Under the pieces are notes generated by a model. That model made no database searches. It was not told the DNA's origin and worked only from the letters and a program-made list of their open reading frames with translations. From NCBI GenBank assembly GCA_038523235.1, contig JBCBJQ010000124.1, forward strand, positions 1 through 16,434: a stretch of 16,434 bases of DNA, in the 5' to 3' direction. The stretch comes from Cyanobacteria bacterium J06626_4 (GTDB taxonomy: Bacteria; Cyanobacteriota; Cyanobacteriia; Phormidesmidales; Phormidesmidaceae). How positions within the stretch are numbered: position 1 is the stretch's first letter; each line of letters begins with the position of its first letter. Position numbers and translations under genes: made by a program. Of this stretch, positions 7,416 to 14,082 are shown one piece after another.

Positions 7416-8408
7416 TCATATAAATACAAAATCTGAGGCGAGATTGACGGTCGTCGCATCTTGGACAACGCCAATCAGCTTGTTTTGATAGTAAATCAGC
7501 GTATCGGTGGCGACTCCTCCCGCGAGATTGCCGTATCCCAGTGAGTAGGTACTGATGTCATCATGCACCTGAATTTTGTCTCCTTCAGCGCTGTTGAAAT
7601 CGGTGATGACCGCGTGAAAATCGCCACCCGTGTTGTACTTCACTAACAGATCGCTGAGCACAAAGGTATCTGCCCCGTCTCCGAAGACATATTGACCCGG
7701 CAGGGAATTGTATTCATCGCCCGTCAGAATGTTGGCATAACCACTGCCCTGGTAGTGCCCGAGTCCGCCATGCCCTCTCAAGATATCGCTGCCCAGCCCA
7801 CCGATGAGGATGTCTCGATGGGCGCCCCCGTTGAGCACATCGTTGCCATAGGAACCGTTCAGGTAGTCCTGCCCGGTGTCGCCCGATAGGTAGTCATTGC
7901 CATGCTCGCCGAATAGCCAGTCATCGCCCCATTGTCCATAGAGCTGGTCGTAGCCATAGCCGCCTTTCAGCACATCATTGCCGCTGGAACCACTGAGGTT
8001 GTCGTTGCCGATACCGCCTTCTAGGACGTCGTTGCCGGTATAGCCATAGAGCAGGTCGTCTCCCGGCCCCCCATTTAGGTAGTCGTCACCTTCTCCGCCC
8101 CAGAGCCAGTCCTGTCCCTCCCCGCCATACAACTTATCATTGCCGGCTAAGCCCTCTAACTTGTCACTGCCGGCGTAGCCGTAAATCACATCACACCCGC
8201 TACTGCCAACTAAGGTGTCATCTTCGGCAGTGCCGTAGACGTATTTGTAGAGCTTAAAAATAATGCCGCTGTCAACGCTCACCCCGATATTGAGATTTGG
8301 TGTCGTGCGATCGCTGACATCCACTGGCAGCTGATCTGGCAGGACATCGGTAAGCCCGTCATTGTTCACATCTGCTTGGGCTTGGGTGCGACTGATCGTT
8401 TTAGCCAT
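7416..8408 (-). CDS. RTX/hemolysin-type calcium-binding repeat protein
   Basis: About 17 contiguous GGxGxDxLx-type nonapeptides, plus a C-terminal GADTFVL...[13 protein letters not shown] tail typical of type I secretion substrates. Confidence 0.93.
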   Translation of the reverse strand: MAKTISRTQAQADVNNDGLTDVLPDQLPVDVSDRTTPNLNIGVSVDSGIIFKLYKYVYGTAEDDTLVGSSGCDVIYGYAGSDKLEGLAGNDKLYGGEGQDWLWGGEGDDYLNGGPGDDLLYGYTGNDVLEGGIGNDNLSGSSGNDVLKGGYGYDQLYGQWGDDWLFGEHGNDYLSGDTGQDYLNGSYGNDVLNGGAHRDILIGGLGSDILRGHGGLGHYQGSGYANILTGDEYNSLPGQYVFGDGADTFVLSDLLVKYNTGGDFHAVITDFNSAEGDKIQVHDDISTYSLGYGNLAGGVATDTLIYYQNKLIGVVQDATTVNLASDFVFI

Positions 8409-8990
8409 GAAACCTTCCTACTACAGCAATCAAAACTGTGGGATGCAGGCACTGTGGGATATAGAGCAGATTTCGATAGCACGGCCCTCTCTGCTGCTCT
8501 GTAGACCTAGGCTAAGCGGCGAGCCCCTGGAAATTGTCTGGGTTTCCGGTAAGGTCGGTTGCCGAAAAGGAGCCGCCTGATGACAGAAAAAGGCCAACTT
8601 TCCCGAGGGTAGCCACCGGTTGCGATCGCCGCACTCGGGCGTCGTGCCTCAAACCTCTTAGCAACTTGCAAAGGGGCGATTTTTAGAAAAGGTTGGGTGA
8701 GTATTAAACTTTGGGTGAGTGCTCGCTGAGCCAAATGGCCTGACCATCGCGATCTCGCATGAGGAAGGCACGACGAAAACTGAGCCTCGATGCTGGCGGT
8801 GCGTGCATTTCGCCGGATCAGGGCTTCCAATGCAGCGGAGAGATATTCGAGACCGCTGATACGCCGGTGAACCCTGAAGACATTGTTCAGACTATGCTGA
8901 GAGTGGGCTGTGATCAGTATCGTTTCTCAAATCCTGAAAACCCATCCCATGAGAGTATTTTGCTGAGTTGAACAATGATGAGAGCTCTAG

Positions 8991-9353
8991 ATGGCCAAAA
9001 CGATCCGACTTAAAGCGGGAGAAAGCGCAAAAATATTTCACCGCAGTCTGAGTAGCCTACCGATGGATTTTCAGTTCCAGGCATTAGCCCTCGGTGGTGG
9101 TCAGCCCAATGGTGAGATCGAGATTCGCGGATCAGATTGGCTCTTTCTCAAATCTCCGGTTCGGCAACCTCTGCAAGAGCACAATGTCGTTCATGCAGGC
9201 TTTTGGGACACTTTTTTTACCGTGTCTGTGATTGCCCATAGTGAATTAGAAGTCACTACGCCAACGCGTCAGCTCGGATCGACGCGCTGGCTTGTTGGGT
9301 TGGTCATTTTAGTGATGGTGGTAGCCGTTATCGCTTTCTCGCTGACGCTATAG
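8991..9353 (+). CDS. Hypothetical protein with a C-terminal transmembrane helix
   Basis: 120-aa ORF ending WLVGLVILVMVVAVIAFSLTL, 14 nt before the next gene. Confidence 0.7.
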   Translation: MAKTIRLKAGESAKIFHRSLSSLPMDFQFQALALGGGQPNGEIEIRGSDWLFLKSPVRQPLQEHNVVHAGFWDTFFTVSVIAHSELEVTTPTRQLGSTRWLVGLVILVMVVAVIAFSLTL

Positions 9354-9367
9354 GTCATATTTAGCCC

Positions 9368-10108
9368 ATGCAGAGTGACGGATACTTTGACCAAAGAGTG
9401 GCTGCAACCTACGACGACGATCTCGAGTCCGATCAGGCTGAAGCCGTTGACCCGATCGTCGATTGTTTGGCAGAACTGGCCGGTGGCGGCAGAGTGCTCG
9501 AATTTGGCATTGGCACCGGTCGAATCGCTTTACCTCTGGCGATGAAAGGTGTCGAAGTGCAGGGCATTGATCAGTCTCAGGCCATGCTGGCTCAACTGGC
9601 GGCAAAACCAGGGGGCGATCGCCTGCCAGTCACTCAAGGGGATTTCGCTACGACGTGCTGCGAAGGGACATTTTCACTGGTCTACCTGATTTTCAACACC
9701 GTCATGAACCTGACGACTCAGGAAGCCCAAGTCAGATGTTTTCAAAATGCCGCCTCACACCTCACGCCTGGGGGGCAATTTGTGGTTGAGGTCATGGTGC
9801 CCGCCCTGCAGCGACTGCCCTTGGGCGAAACTCACCAGGTCTTTGAATGCCGTGATGATCATTGGGGTATCGATATCTATGATGTGGTCTCTCAAACGGT
9901 TCAGTCACATCACATGAGAGTTCGCAATCAAGGGGTGGAGCGATCTTCCATCCCTTTTCGCTACGTGTGGCCTTCAGAACTCGATCTCATGGCGAGAATC
10001 GCCGATCTAAAGCTGACAGCACGTTGGGGCGGGTGGCAGCAAGAACCCTTTACCAACACCAGTCGCTATCATGTCTCCGTTTGGGAAAAACCAACTGCAG
10101 ACAATTAG
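9368..10108 (+). CDS. Class I SAM-dependent methyltransferase
   Basis: VLEFGIGTGRIALPL, GIDQS, FSLVYLIFNT, LTPGG and RYVWPSELDLMA. Confidence 0.93.
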   Translation: MQSDGYFDQRVAATYDDDLESDQAEAVDPIVDCLAELAGGGRVLEFGIGTGRIALPLAMKGVEVQGIDQSQAMLAQLAAKPGGDRLPVTQGDFATTCCEGTFSLVYLIFNTVMNLTTQEAQVRCFQNAASHLTPGGQFVVEVMVPALQRLPLGETHQVFECRDDHWGIDIYDVVSQTVQSHHMRVRNQGVERSSIPFRYVWPSELDLMARIADLKLTARWGGWQQEPFTNTSRYHVSVWEKPTADN

Positions 10109-10246
10109 GGCGATCGCTCACGGATTGAGGCCGTAGCAAGGCACAAAAGTTATCTTTCGTTCTCCGGTCGTCACTGTTGTATGAAAACTTGTGCGCGTCG
10201 CCTAACCATCCAGTTTTAACCGATAAAATCGGGAGGCCTGGAGAAC

Positions 10247-10505
10247 ATGGCAAAACTCTCTGACTGGCAAAAATTAGGTCGCTAGAAGGCTCGTTGCAGC
10301 GGTTTTGAGTCTGGTACTCTCAAGGGCTCTTTCATCTGCCCAGACTATTCTCAACGGCAAATTCGCCGGATGTCCTGCGATCGCATCCACAATCAGCGAG
10401 GTCACTTCAGCTAAATCAGCTCAAAAACAATGGATTCCTTCAAATTCGTACTCGGCCCCTATGAGTTCTTTTCCTCAATCATTGGCGGCATCCCGCTCAT
10501 ATTAG
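10247..10505 (+). pseudogene. Possible frameshifted remnant of a secreted protein N-terminus
   Basis: GGGAGG at 10231-10236 and ATG at 10247. Skipping one base near 10277 gives MAKLSDWQKLVARRLVAAVLSLVLSRALSSAQT, which looks like a signal peptide. Confidence 0.35.
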
Positions 10506-11131
10506 CTATATTTCTGCTTTATAATCCGGCGATTAGTGTTCAGGAACTAATCTTGACGTTGCAAACGGATTTCTCAATCCAGTTTCTAATTGTCTTGTTC
10601 TTTTTCAGTTATTTGCTAGCTGGCTTGATTCAAGGGATTACTTGGAAGTTTTTTCTGGTGCTCTGTGATGTTTTTGGACAAAGCTATCATTACTTCAAAG
10701 ATGAGCTGATTCTTGAAAGAGATCAATCACTGCAAGCAATGGGCAGTGATCTCGATCTCCATAGGCTTGATTTCGAAGATAAGCTAGTTCTTTTGCTGAG
10801 AGAAAAGGTGGGAATTCCTAAAAATATTGGATGGATTTACTCTAGACTCCATGCTTACTTAAAAGAGAATAATCGACCCTCAGTGGTCACTGCCGATCTA
10901 TATCAGGCTACTCACATCATGTACAGAAATATCTCCTGTGGATTTCTGCTGGTGAGTCTGGTGATTCTGCTGAATCTCATTCGCGTTCGCTCACTAACTT
11001 TAGAACAGTTGGTATTGTCTGTGGTGTTTGTCTTGCTGGCCTATGTGGCATTTTTGCGATCGGCTTCCTTTAAACGCTGGTATTCTCGGGAAGTGATTTT
11101 GGGTTTCTATTTCGCTGCTGGCCAACCGTAG
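10430..11131 (+). CDS. Hypothetical membrane protein (2+2 transmembrane helices)
   Basis: 233-aa ORF with hydrophobic pairs at both ends around a soluble middle; visibly AT-richer than its neighbours. Confidence 0.82.
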   Translation: MDSFKFVLGPYEFFSSIIGGIPLILAIFLLYNPAISVQELILTLQTDFSIQFLIVLFFFSYLLAGLIQGITWKFFLVLCDVFGQSYHYFKDELILERDQSLQAMGSDLDLHRLDFEDKLVLLLREKVGIPKNIGWIYSRLHAYLKENNRPSVVTADLYQATHIMYRNISCGFLLVSLVILLNLIRVRSLTLEQLVLSVVFVLLAYVAFLRSASFKRWYSREVILGFYFAAGQP

Positions 11132-11179
11132 AAATTGGAGCGGTTCAAGAGACCAATTAACAGACTGGAGAAGTCAAGC

Positions 11180-11848
11180 ATGAAGATTGGATTTTGGGGC
11201 AGCGGTAATATGGCCCGCGTACTGGGTGGAGCCTGGGCGGTCGCGGGTCATGACATCATGTTTGGCTCGCGTGATGCCGATAAAGCGCGGGCGGTCGCGG
11301 CAGAAATCGGGCTGGGCGCCACTGGCGGTACGAACGACGAGGTCGCCGCATCCTGCGACGTTATTGCCAGTAGCGTCCGCGCAGTGCCTTCGAGCTTTTT
11401 GGCATCAACGTCGGCGGTCGCGGGCAAGATCATCCTCGATCTCAACAATCGAGATTTTCCCCGTGAGTACCAGCCAGAAGACTTTCTCAATGCTCTCGCG
11501 GTGGCAACTCAACAGGATGTGCCCACTGCTAAGGTCGTCAAAGCCCTAAATAATCAGGCGATGGAAGTTTTTAACTGTGATGCCGCTACGCTGCAGGCGG
11601 CGGGTATACAGGGATTCATCGCTGGCGATGATGCTGAAGCCAAGCAAATCACGACTGCCCTACTCCAGGATATTGGGCTGAAAGCCATCGACTTTGGTGG
11701 GCTCTCGAATGCCTGGCTGCTAGAGGTGCAGGCCGATATCTTGAGGACTTACATGTTTGCTACGGGCAATGCTCTAGTCACCCCAGGATTGATTGAAGCA
11801 CCCCAAGCTGAGGCAAGATTTGGCGATCGCCGTCAAGGCACTTATTAA
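11180..11848 (+). CDS. NADP oxidoreductase, F420-dependent family (NADPH-dependent F420 reductase-like)
   Basis: MKIGFWGSGNMA, GSRD, GKIILDLNN, VVKALN and IAGDDAEAK. Start moved to the ATG at 11180, after GGAG. Confidence 0.9.
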   Translation: MKIGFWGSGNMARVLGGAWAVAGHDIMFGSRDADKARAVAAEIGLGATGGTNDEVAASCDVIASSVRAVPSSFLASTSAVAGKIILDLNNRDFPREYQPEDFLNALAVATQQDVPTAKVVKALNNQAMEVFNCDAATLQAAGIQGFIAGDDAEAKQITTALLQDIGLKAIDFGGLSNAWLLEVQADILRTYMFATGNALVTPGLIEAPQAEARFGDRRQGTY

Positions 11849-11997
11849 TGGCTCTTCCCCCACGAACTGCTCAACATGACGTTCCGAAGTATGCTAACTG
11901 TGAAGCTGCAGCAGTGTGCGCTCTGAAAGCTCGAAGAGTTTCACAGAGCGAGCTCGAAGCTGACAACAGGTAAAGTTCTCATTAACAGGAAACGGTG

Positions 11998-12213
11998 ATG
12001 GCCTCTAAATTTACGGACGAGATTAATCTGGCAGAGCAGGCCGAAAATCTGGGACGAGTAGCGTTGAAAGCTGGTTTGATTCCGAGCTTTGTTGTCCGTC
12101 ATTTTCCGGATAGCTGGGAGTTCTATATTCCTGACGAAAAGGCGGAGCAGCTTACCCCTGAAGAAGCCTATCTTCACCTCAAGAAAATGGTGGATGAAAA
12201 CGATAATAGTTAG
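11998..12213 (+). CDS. Small hypothetical protein
   Basis: AGGA upstream; natural-looking composition (LTPEEAYLHLKK). Confidence 0.75.
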   Translation: MASKFTDEINLAEQAENLGRVALKAGLIPSFVVRHFPDSWEFYIPDEKAEQLTPEEAYLHLKKMVDENDNS

Positions 12214-12357
12214 AGCTTCAATTGATTGAGAAGGTGTTTATGCTATCGACAGAATGATCGCTCGTTGCAGTGATTCTGATGACATATCCATTACCCATTC
12301 GCTGAGCAACGACTCAGGATGCGAACTGCTCTCGCAAATCATATTTGAGGATTCATA

Positions 12358-12462
12358 ATGATGCCTGGCTTTGCCATCTTTAGCCTCTGTTTATCGGTGG
12401 CTATGGGGTACTTTGGGGTGAAGCCAACGGTTAGCCTGAGTCATGTATGGCTTTGCCAATAG
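12358..12462 (+). CDS. Candidate 34-aa hydrophobic small protein
   Basis: GAGGA at 12347-12351, 6 nt before the ATG; translates to MMPGFAIFSLCLSVAMGYFGVKPTVSLSHVWLCQ*. Confidence 0.35.
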   Translation: MMPGFAIFSLCLSVAMGYFGVKPTVSLSHVWLCQ

Positions 12463-13128
12463 CCTCACAGCTTGATCTGCCCTACCCTTCGAAATAAAGG
12501 GACTCAAGCTACTGGGCTCAAAGTCACTGCTGCAGCGAGGATTGCTCTCGATGCGTTAAAGCCGTCATATAAATCGGTCTCCTCTACCCTCCAGTGCTTC
12601 CGTCTCTGCTGACGACATCTGCAGTCCGGCAACCGAGAACTGATATTCGGGTATGGAACTTAACTCTTGGGGGAGAGTGGCTAAGGCGATGTAGCTACAA
12701 CGGCCATGCAAAAGCGATCGCCTTGATCCATAACGGCAATGGGTGTGCGTCGTCGCCAGCCTCAATCGCCTGGTCATAAAGTTGGCCAGATGGGCCGTTA
12801 GTGACGCTCCCTCAATATCAAAAAAAATGCCCGATTGATCATTAGCGTGATCGGTTTACTCGGAACTCACGCTTGTTAGCAAGACATTCTGGGTTCTGGC
12901 CTGAGTCCAAAGACTCAGTATATAGACTGACTTTTTGAGGACTTTATACACTACTTAATCCGGTTTTAAGTTTTTACACCTTTGCGAAGTTTCCGACAAG
13001 AAGGGTGCTTGCGGATTTCCATGCGGTATATACGGACGGTAGTGTTGTGTTCGACTATACACCTTTGCTTGGTTTGAGTCCGCCTTCCTCTGGTCAAGGC
13101 GTCAAACCCCAGGCAACATTTACAGAGT

Positions 13129-13947
13129 ATGGAAATGCGTATTTTCTTTGTTTTGATGAGCGCGATCGCGCTTTCGCCCACCCTGATAATTGCGAATTCG
13201 CCCAGCGCATCAGCGGGGCAGTTAGGGGGCTCAGCGACGTCATCGTCATCGGCGACTGAGCCCTTATTCGAGTCTTTTATGATTGACTTTGATGATTTCG
13301 CAACGGGCACCTACATTGTGGGCGATGAATGGGCCCAGTACGGGGTCAACATCAGCGTTGACTCCAACCGGAATCTGAAGGGTGACAAGCAGGCATCGCT
13401 TCCCCTACGGTTGTTTGACAGTAACTGCCGTCCACAAGGCTCTAGCGATAAATCTTTGCCGAAGTGCTCTGGCGGCGACCATGATTTGGCCACTGGCGAC
13501 GCCTTTGGTACTGAGGCACAGGGCAATGTGCTCATTATTCAGGAAGATAACAGTAAGCGGCAGGATCGCAGTAATCTGGGTAATCCGGATGATGATGCTC
13601 GTGGTGGCACGATTACCTTTCACTTTGAGCAGGCGATCAAAGACTTGAAATTGGGATTTTTGGACTTTGACGATCGCGATCGTGGCGAAGGCTTTATTCG
13701 TTTCTACACGGGCATTGACGACACTGAGGCAGCGATGACGTTCAATCTGAGCAGTGTTGAGGCGCTGGTGAATCCAGGCTTCACCGGTGATAATTCGCTG
13801 CGAATTTTTGCCAGCCTCGACCTGGCTATTCAGCGGCTGGAGGTGGAATATCCTGGCAGTGGGGCGATTACCCATCTGGAATATTCGCAAATTGCGCCGG
13901 GGGGTAGCCGCAATTGGGGTGACTCTAAAGACTCTCACCTGTTTTAG
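13129..13947 (+). CDS. Secreted Asp/Gly-rich protein of unknown function
   Basis: Signal peptide ending in ASA, a Ser-rich linker, and motifs IDFDD, GGDHDLATG, GNVLIIQE, PDDDARGGTITF and GDNS. Confidence 0.85.
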   Translation: MEMRIFFVLMSAIALSPTLIIANSPSASAGQLGGSATSSSSATEPLFESFMIDFDDFATGTYIVGDEWAQYGVNISVDSNRNLKGDKQASLPLRLFDSNCRPQGSSDKSLPKCSGGDHDLATGDAFGTEAQGNVLIIQEDNSKRQDRSNLGNPDDDARGGTITFHFEQAIKDLKLGFLDFDDRDRGEGFIRFYTGIDDTEAAMTFNLSSVEALVNPGFTGDNSLRIFASLDLAIQRLEVEYPGSGAITHLEYSQIAPGGSRNWGDSKDSHLF

Positions 13948-13977
13948 ACGAGAGCCGCACTCGCCGATGACTAAAAC

Positions 13978-14017
13978 AGGGGAAGGAGACTAACGCACTG
14001 CGATCGCTCCTTCCCCT
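13978..14017. terminator. Hairpin between convergent genes, probable terminator
   Basis: AGGGGAAGGAG (13978-13988) pairs perfectly with CTCCTTCCCCT (14007-14017). Only short T/A tails flank it. Confidence 0.55.
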
Positions 14018-14082
14018 TTGGCAATATTCAACCCCAAGATGCTACCCAGTTGGTCGGGGTTGAACCTCTAGCAATCCTCTCT

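Larger units (their letters stand above)
695..14007. repeat. HIP1 octamer GCGATCGC, dispersed
   Basis: Seen at 695, 1136, 2234, 2520, 2667, 3750, 4938, 5498, 6770, 7172, 8307, 8622, 9615, 10110, 10377, 11823, 12714, 13162 and 14000 (manual count). Confidence 0.9.

Noticed and set aside
8480..8640. Riboswitch upstream of the RTX gene
   Set aside because: Some stems are possible, but no cobalamin, c-di-GMP or TPP consensus core could be found.
8507..8971. ORFs 8507-8830 (-) and 8759-8971 (+)
   Set aside because: No recognisable motifs; they overlap each other in a divergent promoter region.
11135..11179. TTG start for the oxidoreductase
   Set aside because: GGAG precedes the ATG at 11180, where the dinucleotide-binding motif begins.
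5333..12319. Shared 12-mer AACGACTCAGGA at about 5333 and 12308
   Set aside because: A few 12-mer matches are expected by chance in 16 kb, and the match does not extend.
12686..12721. GCGAT-GTAGCTACAACGGCCATGCAAAA-GCGATCGC as another HIP1 insert
   Set aside because: Removal does not cleanly leave a split GCGAT|CGC site, and the two-hairpin fold is absent.
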